Of a stretch of DNA of 64,000 bases, positions 14,833 to 29,542 are shown piece by piece. The translations under genes were made by a program, and so were the position numbers. Position 1 is the stretch's first letter. Each line of letters starts with the position of its first letter. The notes under the pieces are model-generated. The model was not told the origin of the DNA. It saw only the letters and a program-made list of their open reading frames with translations, and made no database searches. The DNA is from Girardia tigrina (lineage: Eukaryota): positions 1 to 64,000 of the forward strand of contig MQRK01241454.1 of the NCBI GenBank assembly GCA_001938485.1, read 5' to 3'.

Positions 14833-14876
14833 AAGCAGTACGTAGGGAGAATAGAAGCAGTACGTAGGGAGAGTAG
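14833..14876. repeat. 22-bp tandem duplication
   Basis: AAGCAGTACGTAGGGAGA(A/G)TAG present twice. Confidence 0.9.
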
Positions 14877-17800
14877 AAGAAGCACTAATAAAAAACGAGA
14901 TTAATTTAATTGCAGATCGTTTGAAATCATAAATTAGACGTGCTTATTTCGCTAAGCCTCATCAAAGAACAACTCATTAAAACCTAAATTTTATCTTTAA
15001 TATATTAATCATTGCTAATTGATCGAAAAATTATAGCGTCAATCAAAATGGCTGGTGATCGAAGGGTTTCTTGTGATCAAACACAAAAATCAATTTCATC
15101 TTTTGAAAGTTTTTTCCTATTGAATATCTAAAAAAAGTTTTTTTCTATAAAATAATGACTTCAATGATTTAACACAAGAATATCTGTTTTTTTCTGATTT
15201 TAAAAAATGATGGTTTTGTTTAAATTGAGTCTTAATTTTTTTAGATGTGTTGAATGAAGTATTTTTTTGCTACTAGAAGAAAAATATTCAAATATAAAAA
15301 AATTGTTTCGTTTTTTACGGTTTCTGTTGAAGAAAAGTTTTTTATTCATTTAATTTTTACAACTAATTTAATTATAATCAATTAAGTTGTTTTAATTAAT
15401 TATTAAATATTTATTTTTTTGTTTATGAGATTGAAAACAAAAACTATTTAATTAAATTTACTTTATACATATAATGAAGTATAATAAAAAATATTTTTTG
15501 TTTTACTTCATTTTTCTTGTTTTAATTAGCGCTAATACAAATTTTTGTTTTTTTGCTAAATGAATGTAAATTTTGTGGATAATTGAGAGGTTTTTTAATA
15601 AAATAAAATTAGATATTATAATTTTGTTTAAATTTACAATTTATCAATTAAAAAAGTATTAGATTTAATTAAAAGTTATTTTAAAAGTAATATAAGTTTG
15701 ATTTTTTCTCTTTATTTCTTGTTTAATTGTCTTTTAAATCTACATAAATATATAAATATTTATTTTTTATAAAAGGAAGAAATAAAAGAGGAAATTGAAA
15801 ATAAATTAGAAAACTTGTTATGTAAAATTTATTGAGTTATGTTTCATGGAATTTCGTCAGTTATCAATTTCACTTTTTCCGGCTTAATTTTGAATATTAT
15901 TAGAAGAAAAAATGATAAAATTTTATGGCTTTATCAAATAATTTTAAAAAAAGTTATTTTTTCTACTTTTTAGCTTTATTTATTATAATTATAAAACTAT
16001 ATGGAAAGAAAACCGTTTTCTTTTTAATCATTTTAAAAAAATAACTTTTTTTAGTTTTGGTAATCATGGAGCACTTATAATATTTCGCGAATGTCAAATG
16101 GAGCTTTTCTGTGATGCATTTTTTATTCTAACTTTAGTTTTTTAAATTTTATTTTTAAAGGATTTGAAAATTTTCTAATTTTGATATGGAATGAGAATTT
16201 GTCTTAAAATGTTTCAATATTAAATTAGTGTTATTAGTTAACTTTCGATATAAAAATATATTTCCAATAAATAATAGAAGATTAAGAAACCTTGCTTTAA
16301 ACCTTTGGAAAATATCCGGAGTACAGCTTCGTAAGAAAAAAACTTAAACAAGAGTAAATATTAAACTAAGTTTAGTAATCTAAATAAATTTATGAAATTT
16401 TATTTTGAATTTTGTAAAAATTGTCTTTTTATTTTAAAAGAGATGACAAAATCAGGTTGTAATAATACTTATTATTTTTGCAGATTTATTTATAAAAATT
16501 AGTTGTTAATGGAAATGTTATGACTCTCATGAGGTATAACAATAACTTCTGTCTCTCTTTTCTGTCGGTGATTTTTATACCCGGAAACGTTAGAATCCAA
16601 TCATTTTACCATCAGAGCTAAAGGTTATTCTAAAGTTATTGATTAAGATTCATAAAAAACATAAAAGAAACTGTTCGTCAAGCAAAACGAAAAACAAAGA
16701 AATGTTTTCATTTATAGAATGTTTTTTTGCTTTTTTGAAAAAGACAAAAAATTGAGTCCCCTCTAAACTGTTTGCTGAAATACTTAGAGAGACATAATAA
16801 AATGCATAAGTATACAGTTTCAATTTTTATTATAAATATAAAAATGAAACGTGAATTCCTAAGTCATTTTCATTGTGAGACCCACGGCACGTGCTGGAAA
16901 TCTCGATACACTTAGACGACATAATCAATTTATTGCTTACCGTTATGTCATTTGAAATTTTTAAAAGAGATCTTTTGGTTTTCTTAAGACATTTTTCTGT
17001 TTTTAGAAAATTAGAAAAAAAGCAATAACAACCACACTAGTTTTCTTTCAATACTACAACATTAATTGCCATGGAAAATATTTTTTCAACTTTCCCCCTT
17101 TTTTATAATTCAATTATTTAAAAAAAAGAAAGAAAAAGAAATCGAAAAATATTGAACAATAATAAAAATGAAATTATTTTTCAACATCGTAATTTCGTAT
17201 ATTATTGCATTAAATATCCAATTAAATGATTAATGGGTAAAAATTTGCAATTATCATTTACAACTAACAAAAAAATTTTTTTCCCCTCAAATAAATAATT
17301 TTTCATCAACAAAAAAATAAGATACGGAGGAGTTGTTGTTCTTGTTTTTTTCCCCTATTTTGTGTTCAATTCATTGTAAAAAAAACCCAGACATTTGATA
17401 TGGAGTGGAAGAGCTCAATATGAAAAAATGAAAAATTTGTAAAATTATCTATATCAATAAACTTTAACGTTTTGGAGAAATTAATATTATAAATTCGATT
17501 TTATCATTTTTAGAAGGATTTAAAATCGATATTTTTTTGTTCATTTCACTTTTTAATTTGAGGTATGATATTAAATTACGAGTTTATTAGTTGTTTTTTG
17601 TTTCATCTATATGATGATGATTGATATATTTGTCTTGGGTTTTTTCCTGACTTCTTTTTACGCTCTTTTTTTAATTGAATTCGGATTTGCTTTCGTTATT
17701 ATTTATGTTGGGTTTTATTTTTTTTCATTTTATTCCCGACTGGTTTTATTAGGAAACCTTATTATTTATGATTATTTATTCCATGAAGTATTAGGAAAAA

Positions 17801-18648
17801 TGAAAAAAAGAGAAAGAAAAATACAGAGACAAAACTGCAAAAAAACGGTCTTTTTCCTTTTTAAAAGTTTAGAGTTACCGGATTTTTTCGAGAAAAGTTT
17901 GCTCTAATTAATTACATAAAAATTCGTGTAAATTTAGCCGGGATTAGAGTTCTTTAGACGTACTGGATTTCGGGTGATCGTTTTGGTTTTTTAAGATGAT
18001 TTCGGAATGACTAGTAGTTTTATATTACATTTTTACTTTAATATATTTGAAGGATTTTTCTAAGCCGAGTTGATTTGAATTTAATTTTAGTGGAATATCA
18101 AATACTATATAATTTAAAAAGAAACCTTATTTTTGTCATTAGAAAATACAAGCCGCATATTTTGTGATTTTTTTGTATGTATTTTTGTTTCGTAAAATGG
18201 GAATTCAAATGTAGCTTATTTTATCTTCATTTTTTTCTAAATAAGTAAAATATTTATTAAAATTTTAACAAAAATAATTTCATAAACTTATCTTCAGATT
18301 TTAATCTAGATATTATAAAACATTATTATAAAAAATTATTTTTAATCAATCAAAAATAAAAATATATATTTTTATTAAAATTACATTTTTCATGTTTCCA
18401 ATCAGTTCATTATTTAAAATATCCCAAAAAAGTTATAAAGTGCAGTTTGGCTAACTTGTGTGTATCTTAATCCTTTAAGTTACTCTTTTTAAGCCTTGTG
18501 GAGTCTATGTTTTTTCTATTGCACTCTCTAATGTGGACTGTTTTAGAGTATTTCTTTTAAAAATATTTTATGAGGCAACAGATGAGAAAAGTACGATAAT
18601 TATAAATAATCGATTGTAAATTTTACTTAATATATGACATTATATATA

Positions 18649-19026
18649 NNNNNNNNNNNNNNNNNNNNNNNNNNNNNNNNNNNNNNNNNNNNNNNNNNNN
18701 NNNNNNNNNNNNNNNNNNNNNNNNNNNNNNNNNNNNNNNNNNNNNNNNNNNNNNNNNNNNNNNNNNNNNNNNNNNNNNNNNNNNNNNNNNNNNNNNNNNN
18801 NNNNNNNNNNNNNNNNNNNNNNNNNNNNNNNNNNNNNNNNNNNNNNNNNNNNNNNNNNNNNNNNNNNNNNNNNNNNNNNNNNNNNNNNNNNNNNNNNNNN
18901 NNNNNNNNNNNNNNNNNNNNNNNNNNNNNNNNNNNNNNNNNNNNNNNNNNNNNNNNNNNNNNNNNNNNNNNNNNNNNNNNNNNNNNNNNNNNNNNNNNNN
19001 NNNNNNNNNNNNNNNNNNNNNNNNNN
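18649..19026. other. Assembly gap flanked by (AT)n
   Basis: Run of N. Confidence 0.99.
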
Positions 19027-19063
<37 letters not shown>

Positions 19064-22000
19064 TAAAATTAATATATGATATAAAAATAATATATTTCAT
19101 CAGGTGATATATTATTTTTATTTAATATCTTATTATTACTTAGTCAAAGGAATTTAGTGCTACCCTTTAAAAATAATATCGTAAACAAAGTGTAAATTAA
19201 TGCAAATATAGAAATGTTACTTTCTAAATAAAAATTGTTATTAATTGTTGACAAGAAGTCATAAAACGTTTTCGAAAAACTCCATCTAAATGGACTCATG
19301 TTACTTCTTCAAAATATTTTAATTTTAAATTCAAAATATAATAAATCCAAATATTTTACATTTTAATTTAAACTTTGATTCAAAATTGAATTTATCTAAG
19401 TAGAATAAAATCCTCTTTAAAATTCACAGAAACTGAAATCCTTTACCGATTTTGAATAACATGTCATAGAAATGCATTGTTTTGTCAATCGTGAAAAAAT
19501 CTTTAATAATTGTCTTTTTTTAGAAATGATTATCAAAGTAATCACTAGTTTTAGTGAATTTTTCTTCTTAGAAAACTTAATTTTTTGAAGTCAAAATTTT
19601 TAAAAGAGAAAAGCAAGAAATGGTCTCATTAATCAAGAGAATATAAGTGTTCATAATTGGGTTAAAATCTAATTAAGAACATAAAAACTGGTGTAGTTTC
19701 ATCTCCAAAGTCAAATAATTATCAGTAATATTGTCAAAGGTTGTGAAATGAAAAGTACACAGGAAACGGTGTGCTGCTTGATACTTCATAAAATGCCATA
19801 TTAGATTATTAATAAAATTAAAAATTAATAAAATATTGAATTATATATTTAGTCATTAATAATTGTTTGAATAAATCAAGATATTCTAGAATTATAAAAA
19901 TGATATATAGAAATTTGAAAATGAGAAGACATTAACTTTAACTTTCTCAATAAATAATGGCCGAATGTTTAAGATTAATATCATGGAGATATTTTTTATT
20001 CGAGCTATAGTTCATTGCATTGTCTTATACATTTTTCAATATGAGGATACCAGTCATCGATCCATTTTCGTAAGAAGTAAACTAAGTCGGATCTGGTGAA
20101 TAACCTTTATGTGAAAGTATTTCCATTCTATAAACAACTCAATCTTTTCTTTTACAAGTTTTGCTATGCTCGAGAGTACTTTATTATTTGTTGTCCGTAG
20201 GGTACAGTATAATCATTCCACTCAGAATTGAGTAGCTCATTAAAGATCTCACTCTTCTGATTTGGAGTAGCATTTGATGCCGATGGTTCGCCCTGACTAC
20301 TCAGGGATTCTGAGGTAGTTTTGTGAAAAATTAATAGAAAGTCAATATTTAACATGTTTAATATTATAATAAACTATATTGGGGTATAAAACTTGTATTT
20401 TTGTGAATGAACAATCTTGGTTAGATGTCAATTAAGCAAAAGGCGCCAATAGCACGATTCGACGATAACTATATTGACAACTTATGTCATCTATGTGTAG
20501 GTTCCGGTTTCATATTTACCGACCTGTTATGTTATCACAATTTGTATCTTTCACAATTTTATATGCGAATCGAACTCAAAAAGTAATACATTAACAATAG
20601 TTTAGATAATAAACTCGATTATTATAACTAAACTCATTCGCATGTGATAAACGATTTGAAAGATCATTTTTTATTTAAAATTTAAACTTATTAATCATTG
20701 TTCCCTTCATATTTCTTTGAGTTAAAATGAAATAATGACTAATTAAGAAAAATAATTAATCGATTTATAATAATTATATCAAATTAAAAAAATTAATTGA
20801 AATTTATTCAATAAAATAATCTAATTTGAATTATGTAAATTGAACACAATGTAAAATTGCAATTTTATTATAATCTTATCATATCATTTTAGAGATGACT
20901 TGCAGTCTTAAATGTAGAGCTTCCAAGAATAATGTTTCTGATAAACGTCTGCATTTTCAATCAGTATCATAATAATGTATTAATCTGGTGCTTTTTTCTC
21001 TTTTTCTTTATGTTTACCAAGACTATTTTAATCCTATATCCTTTGATTTGGAATGATTTCAATGGAAATTCAATTATGATCATCAAATAAGATTAAATAC
21101 TAAAGTAAAAAGTCAGATATTAGTTGCTGAACTGGATAAGATGTTATCCTTCGTAAATCCTTTTCCAAATAAAATAAGTTGGCTACATGAGATTTTTTAT
21201 GAATTTTTTTACATATGGCCTCATTGGAAAAATGAGATATATGTTAGAGAAATATATGTTTGTTTTCATGATTTTTGATGTAATAAATCCCAAGTATAAT
21301 GTACATTGTTGGGTTTCATTTGATTATTTATTGATATAAAATATAATCATTAAGAGGAAAGACCCTTTGATAATTTCTACAAAGAAGATTAATAATAATT
21401 TTATTCTTCAATATTACGTACAAAAAATAGATACAAAGGGATATAAAGATTTCGAGGTTGACATTCAGTAAAAAAATAAACCCCAGTTTATTTAAAAAAA
21501 ATTGGGTTTTTTCTGTTCTATTTTGTTAAACCTTTTATTTTTTCTATTGTTAGGAGATATTGTTATAGGTATTGTAAACGTTTAAATCAGAATGATTTTG
21601 CGGTTGGAGTCGGGGTATTGTATTTTTAATGCGTAACATTTTATATAAAACTCAATTTTCTCCATTTAATTTCAATTGCTTTTAAGAAATTCTTTTGAAT
21701 CTACTTTTGATTCCACAACATCCTTGTGACTTCTTCAAAAACGAATGGTCAAATTGAATTCTTTATCAATGCTAAATCTTAATGTGTCGATGTAAATTTG
21801 TTAGAAAACAGATTAAACTGCTTAATTAGTAATAATTCACAATACAACCATTCATAGATTTAATAAAAATATAAATTTTATATCATTTAAACAAATTTAA
21901 TTCACATTATAAGTGAAAATTAATTTTTATGGGACATTTGTATCCATTAATTATCATCCAAAATCGAAAAATAATTTAGTTTTAATTACTTTAAATTATT

Positions 22001-23948
22001 ACCCAATAAAATTGCATTAAAATTAAATACTTATAAATTGTATTTTCTATCATATTATTATTTTTTTTATTGAATATTTTTAATATATAATAATAGCTAA
22101 GAAAACTGACCAGTTGAACACTTTGCTTTCAATTGATAATTTTTTCTTTTTATAAATACTTATAAAAGTTTTTATGATAAAAAACTTTGCAACAAAAAAG
22201 ATTTATTCAAATGGAAAGATAAAAAGAAAGAATTAAAAAGATATATTACAGTTAAAAAAATTGGAGTAACTTGGAAAAAAACTTAGTCAATATAACTAAC
22301 AGTCAGATGCGAAAATTGTCACTCTCCGTTGAATGTATTGATAATTTGATCAGAATTTCGTTGACCCAACTCTACGGTGGTTAAAAGTATAACTCCGAAT
22401 CACATAAGAAATATTCTATGGATTAATTTCTTAAATTGTTTATCAAAAAATGAAGATGAAAGTAGGATATTTTGTCTCGGAATCAAATCTCCACTTTCGG
22501 AATTCATAATTTAATTAATTGTATATTACTATCGTACAAACGATTTTTTTTAATATTTTTACAATCATTTTATAATAATATAATAATAAATTTTCTTTCG
22601 AGACACAATCTCCTATTTTTTCTTAAAATTTTCTTTATTTATGAACAAAAATAACGCAACCGTCATTCACATACCAAAAGCAAATTCAAGAGTGTGAGGT
22701 GATATAAAGTGTATAATAATTTAATGTATACACATATATTACGTTTTAATTGTTAAAAGCATTACAATAATAACTAAAAACAGCAAAACAATTTAATTAC
22801 GTTCCTTAAAAGATCTTTATCAAAAAAAATAATAAACAAAAATCATTATTATAATAAAAAATAACTATTTACTACTTTAGATAAAATATATAGCACAAAA
22901 TATTGCTTATAAAAAATTTATTAAATAAAATTTTAATTTATTATTTGTTTTTCTAAATTAAATTAAATGTATAGTTTTGAAAAGCCAAAAAAAGAAACTT
23001 TGATAGAAATAAATTTTGATTAAATGAACGTAAATGAAGCATGGAGTAGCGTAGCACTTGCACTCAATATAAAGATCGTTGCCGCCATCAATCATTTACA
23101 CCAGCGATGATGATAAACGTTTCATCTTCGGTGTTGGTGTTAATCAACATATTTGACAAGTGATAGTTACTTTGACGATATTGTCTACTTTATTAAAGGT
23201 AAAATTAATCATGTAATGGCTTTAGAACTTCTTTGAAATATTATTCATTAAACTCGGTATTTTATTTAATTTTACATATTACATGACATTTAAATAAAAA
23301 TTTCTCTTAAATTAATAAAGGAATGTCGGATATACTTGACTGAATAATAAATGGAATTTTCTGTTTCAACTATAATAGAACCTCAGTAAACCCTTTCTAT
23401 GGAACATTTTTATTTCAATTACTAAAGATTTTATTTATTTTATTGGAATATAACTACATTATATTTATTATTATGATCTTTATGTCATATTATACTATAT
23501 TATATTATGTATTAGGTATTTAAAAGGCTGAATATTTACATAATGTTGTTTGATAACACCGATAAATGGTCATTCGGATGAAAGTGCAGCATTGTAAATA
23601 TTTGTTATAACCATAAAACTTATAGATTAAAAGTTGACCTTTTTTAGGTCTAAAAATAGAACTTCGGGTCTTTGTAAACCATACGGTGGCAGATAATGCA
23701 AAGGTATTAGTTGGTTGTTTTATTTGAATCTTGTATTTGAATTTAGAAACCTATTTTTGAAGGCTTTTTACTCAATCAATTTTCTCCAAACTTTGTTCAT
23801 TTACTCACTTTCGATGACAATAAATGATAATGTGAAACTGATCAAACTAGAATATCTAAAATTTTGTTGTAAAAACGTTTTACGATTATCAACAAATGCT
23901 TAAATGTTTTAAATAGAAATGTTTTAGTTTTTTTCCTTTCATGCTTTA

Positions 23949-24069
23949 TAATAAATTTATTACGTTATTAGTAACTATTTCATTACAAAATGTAGTAGTC
24001 AAAATTTTTAGTATAAAATTTTACCTATAAAAGATTTAAATAGTTACTAATAACGTAATTAATTTATTA
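23949..24069. repeat. Small foldback/MITE-like palindrome
   Basis: 32-bp arms TAATAAATTTATTACGTTATTAGTAACTATTT / AAATAGTTACTAATAACGTAATTAATTTATTA with one mismatch around a ~57-bp spacer. Confidence 0.8.
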
Positions 24070-27000
24070 AAAAATGTAACAGTTATTTTCCCTTCTACAA
24101 AACAATAGATAACAAAACAATTAGGTTAGCCAAGTAGAGTTCTACCCGTATAAAGCATGGATATAAAAAATGGTTTTTGATTTACTGGTTTTGTAATACA
24201 GGTATGAAATTTTTATACCTATTTTCATCAATTCACAAATCCATACGATAATTTTCAAGGTTATACACAAAGTCATGAAAAACAGATTCTGAAAATCTAG
24301 AAAATAGAAAATATTCTTCGGTAAGTAATACAGATAAATTCAACCTTGCAAATCTATTAAACGATTTTGAAAGGTTGATATTATTCCAATGTTTTTACGA
24401 AATGTTAGTCCGAAACAGGTTTGTCTTTAAGACTTATTACATTCATTGAAACGCTTCAACTATTCTTCGTCTGTAGTGTTGTGTGATAACATTTAATATC
24501 CCCAGCACAAACTTCCTCAGCTGCGGCTCTTGTACTGAGTTTTTTTAAATGACACAACATAATTTGAATTCCAATTTTTATGATGCGTGAAATAAGTACA
24601 AAAATTACATCTGAATCATTTATATAGGCTTATGGTATAAGATGATTTTTTCAGACACATCCACCAACTATGATGATTTTTTGACTACTTAGCCAGCTAA
24701 TGTTATAATAATATATAATTTGAAATGCTTTCTTTTTTCCAGGATGAAATCTCTAAACACTAAGAATGCCAACAGTTCAGTCACTGCTCTCACACAATAA
24801 AGTTTGGTGGGTAACTTAAGCTGCTGAAAGCCTTAAGTTAAATATTTTAAAGAATCTCTGGCAATCATTATAAAATGAATTCTATGATTTCTATATAAAA
24901 GAATTTTTAACTACCTGGAACCACAAAGACGAATGGGGAAATGTGTTTGGTAAATTTAAAGGTTTCATGAAATAATTCGTTATGAAAATAGTTATACAAA
25001 TTAATGATGTATGCCTGCCACTGTTGATTTAGATGTTTCATATCTACTCTAAGAAAAGTTAAGTGGTTTAAATTTAAATACAATTTCAATATTTAATAAA
25101 TTAAAGGTATTGAATGAAAGCTACGCATGTAATAAAAATAATTTTCTGATTAACTTACAATATGAAGATAATTAACTTGGATCATTTTACTTATTTAATT
25201 ACTGTAAAAAAGTACTTTTAGTGAAAACCATTTCGTAATATTAATGTTTTTGGTGCCATGGGCCTGAAACAATCTATTGAACGCTTTGTAGAAAGATAAC
25301 GGTTTACAAGTTAGGCCAACAGGAATGAATATTAGCTTTCAATATCTCTAACAAGCTTATTTACAGGCTTCTATTCTCGTAGCAGACACATTATTTATTC
25401 ATTCTTTTATGACAGCTTCATTTAAATAATGAGAAATCTTTTCGTGATATAGTTTTTCTTTTTTCCTTTTTACACTTTCCAATTGTATTGAAATTAGCGT
25501 TTCTGTAGACTCAGTTAATTTGATGGCCCTATGTTTTTTCGTCCACTAAAATTACTATATTTCATCATATTCCTTTCATCCGTAATTTTTTTAGTTGTGT
25601 CACTTTTTGGAAATAAATTTCTTCGAGGGATATTTTATATTTTATTCTAATTATTTTAAATTATTTTAAAAATATCTAAACGTTATATATGAATGGGAAA
25701 TCTGGAATCACTATTTTTGAAATTTATTATTATTTTGTGAATCCCTTGAATTTAATGACTATTAAAAATATTTGATATACAAGTTATTAATTCTTGTTTT
25801 ACAGAAAATTCATTTTTTAAGACGTGGGGTAAATCTTTAGTGTGGATTTTAGTTGCTAAAACAAGGTATATTTTAACTTTATTTTATTTTCATTATTATC
25901 ATTAATTTAATTTACATTAATTATTTTAAATTATTAAAATTACTGAGTTATTTATTAATTTACAATAATAACTAAAAGTATTCAGTCATGATCATCATCA
26001 AAACTAACCCTGTCCTTTAATATTGTAATAATTTTCTTAAAATAAATTTAAATTTTTATTAGTATACAAATAACATTAATAAAATAATATTATATTATAT
26101 TAATTATGATAAAACAAATTTATGTAGATATTATACGCAGATATTTTAACGTTTTAACTTGTTTTTTCTTAGCAAATATTTTAAAAAAGAAATTTTGTCC
26201 GCACGCATATTTGAGACTTAAAATTTATTTAATGTAAATATTTGAAAATGCAAAATAGATAAAATTTAATCAGATCTACCCGACGCTCCAATCAAACTAA
26301 ACAATTACTTGAGACACCATTCTTAAAATACTAATAATCTCCATTTTTTATTTTCCCGAAATAAAACAATATTCGAAAATTAATGTTTTTTAATTTTAGA
26401 ATTCTTCAATAAATGCAGTTTTTGAGAATTTGTATTACTTAAAATATGTATAAAAATTTTTTAATTTTTTATATTTTCCTTGTTAAAGATTGATGATTTT
26501 TGTATATATTTATCTATACGGTTTTGGTAAATTTCAATTCAAAAGCATACATAATTTTAATCAAAATATATTGAATTATATGATTCTTTTTATTAGAAAA
26601 AAATGCACTTTAATTTATGAAAGAATAAATTATATATTCAAAAATAAATGATGCAGTTTATTATGAAAAAAAGTTATTAGGAGAAGACGATGTCTGTAGT
26701 TAGAGGAAAAGTTGAATTTGTGGGCAATTGTTTAAATCAAAAATTACATTGAAAAAAATTGAATTTGTAAGAAGCCATTGAGACAATTTCTAATTTGAAT
26801 GCATGAAAAAATATGCTCTAATTAATATAAAATGCTTCAGTCTATTCTCAGTTTTTTTTGTTTCCTTTTTTTTATTTTTGTAGGCACATTTTATTTCTTC
26901 TTTCCTTTCACGATTTTTATATGGCACGAAATTCGCAATAAAAATTCTTATTTTTTCTTTTACTGTTTCTTTTCTATTCAGTTACTCTTATAACTGTTTA

Positions 27001-27983
27001 AACTAACGGAATAAATAAAAAAATAAGACATAAATATATAAACTATAGACCAACTATATTTGGAAATTCGATTTTGCTCCCATTTATTTCTCTTAAGATA
27101 CTTTTACAGATTTTCTTTTCTTTAAATCTACAGTTCAAGATCTCTATATATTTCGGCTTTGATAATTGTACACAATTTTTAGGTACCCAATGATCTATGA
27201 TATCATGTGTTGTATCAAATTTGTACTTGTCTTTTTTTCCTCAGCAATTAATCTTATTAAATTTGTAGCTTCATATTTTTCTTTATCAAATAAACTAACA
27301 TAAAAATAGAACAAAGGTTTGGGTTTCATCGATCAATAATTTTACGTGCTAAACATAATAAAAGCCATGGTCTACAATTAATAAGAAAATCCCAGTTTTT
27401 CCCGATAAAAAGATGTTAATAAGAGAACTAGTAAGACTAAAGACTTTTGCTGTACAAATCTCCAAGGTGTTGTAAGGATATACAATGCCCTATATGCACA
27501 TTATGCGAATACAACACATTTGCATTATATAAGTATAAAATTTGTAAACTTACTTTTAAATTAAGATGACGTTGGCATTTTTTGTTTTGTAGTTACATAG
27601 CAGAGATTTAAATCCTCAATTTACAGAACCTTTTGGTTTTTTAGTTTTTTTGAAATTTATGGTAATATTTTTGTTAATATTTAATGTTATGTATAGGGAA
27701 AAGAGTTAAATAAGACACAATTTTAAGACTTTAAAATTTCATTAAAAAATATTTATTCTAATATAATGCCCAGGTGTTTTTTACGGGGAAGACTATGGTT
27801 TAATTAATACTGGTCAAAGTTATCAACAATGTACCGAATGATGTACAAGTAAATATTACAAATTTTATAAAAATACATAAGTTTCGAATTCTGCTTTCTG
27901 TTCTGGAAATGTTGTAATAACAAGAAACAAATTTTTTATAATTACCAAAGTAATTAATCTTTCAAAATTCAATTTTATATATA

Positions 27984-29542
27984 GGATTTTTCAATGTATT
28001 TTCCAATACTTGCAATCATTTTTCCAATCTTTGCAATCTATTTTCCAACGAAGGTGACGTTACCGTCTTTTTTTAATTTTCTTGCAATAATTTTTCCAAT
28101 CTTTGCAATCAATTTTCTAATTCTTGCAATCAATTTTCCAATAATATAATTTTAATCAATAAAAATTAATAAAATCAATAAAAAATAATTACATCAATAA
28201 AAATTAATTAAATCAATAAAATTACATAAAACCAAAATTGTTTTAAAATGTTTTTTTGATTTTTTATACATGTAAAATTATAATAGAAGTAACTACAAAA
28301 ATAAATTAATTTATTCAAGAATTGTTTCTCTCTTTTCCGCTTTAATGACATATCGAAGCATTTTTTTAAAATACAATCACAATCAGATTCAGTAATTACC
28401 CAAAATCCTCCTTCAATCAACCTTTTCAATTCTTCTTCGTTTCCAGCACAATTGTGGACAACATAGATTTTAAATTTAGAGAAAAAATTCTCTATTTGGT
28501 TTAAAAAAGGTGAATACAAAGCGAGATATTCAATTGTCAAATTTAGTTTCTTTATTATTTCCTTTAATCCAGAATAATGATGTAATATTTTATTATACAT
28601 AATAAACACTGGATTTTCAATGTTCTTTTGTTGACAAACATTTTTCAGTTCAACAAGTACGGCCTTAAAATCTTCACCATTTAAGACCTTGTAATGAAGT
28701 TTATTAAAAAAATCATTGAATTTTTATTCATGGCTGCAAGAACAGAAATGTTTCTAGTTCTTACTGCAGGAACATCTACATTTTCAGAAGTGCCTACAAG
28801 GAACCTTCCTTTTTTAGGCCGTGCAGACACTGCAAAGCCAACTTCATCTAAGAAAATTAATTTTTCAACACTATGAGTTACCTCATATTCCCTGAACTTC
28901 TGAGCATACTGATATCTTTTTTTCAGTGGTACTACCCTTGTTTTGTGGGGCAGGAGTTATTGTAATCTGTTTTAAGGTGTAATGAAATTGCATGAGACAG
29001 CGGTCAATGGCAGTTTAAGAGACACTCAATCCAAAAAGATCCATGACCTTATCACTCAATTCTTTTAGGGTAAGAAGGCAATTTTCATCCACCCAGGTCC
29101 TAACATGATGCTTTTGATTATCATCAAGTTTAGATCTTCGATCACCACCCTATTTCTTTGAAGTTGTCTCATCGGTTTTCTCAAAATTTTTAATATTTTT
29201 TTGAACTGCCCAGTAATTTAGCTCCAAAGCATCAGCAATGGCTTTGGTTCAATGACCTTGCCTAATTTTAATAGCAATTTTTTCTCGATCTTCCTGAGAA
29301 ATTTTGCTGTTTCTTCTATTATAATTTTTCATGAATAAAAAAATAAAAACCATTTTTAAACAATTTTGATTTATGTAATTTTATTGATTTTATTAATTTT
29401 TATTGATTTTATTAAAATTATATCATTGAAAAATTAATTGCAAAGATTGAAAAAATTATTGCAAGAAAATTAAAAAAAGACGGTTATGTAACCTTCGAAT
29501 GGAAAATTGATTGCAAAGATTGGAAAATAGATCGAAAAACCC
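27984..29542 (-). mobile_element. Full-length, inactivated Tc1/IS630-like (DD34E) DNA transposon with long TIRs and TA target duplication
   Basis: TA at 27982-83 and 29543-44. Inverted termini at ~27984-28272 and ~29330-29542 contain tandem TTTTCCAATCTTTGCAATC units. An internal transposase pseudogene is present. Confidence 0.93.
28311..29332 (-). pseudogene. DD34E transposase pseudogene
   Basis: N-terminal HTH region (KAIADALELNYWAVQKNIK, GGDRRSKL, WVDENCLLTLKEL). Catalytic LIFLDEVGF, second Asp mutated (VFIMYN), and YSPFLNQIENFFSKFK with 34 residues between the second D position and E. At least three stops plus frameshifts. Confidence 0.9.

Noticed and set aside
18627-19100. Long ORFs on both strands
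   Set aside because: Artefacts of the N gap and (AT)n repeats.
20311-20332. TGAGGTAG let-7-like 5' end
   Set aside because: Only the seed region matches. The rest diverges and there is no complementary arm for a pre-miRNA hairpin.
23098-23140. Imperfect hairpin ACACCAGC...GTTGGTGT as a pre-miRNA
   Set aside because: Too short, with a large asymmetric bulge and no match to miRNA families I know.
27984-28210. CRISPR-like repeat array
   Set aside because: The units are directly tandem without unique spacers and are mirrored in the opposite TIR of a transposon; the context is eukaryotic.
28311-29332. Alternative genetic code explaining in-frame stops in TE ORFs
   Set aside because: All three stop types occur along with frameshifts and a mutated catalytic Asp, and the host exons have no internal stops. 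This is ordinary decay.
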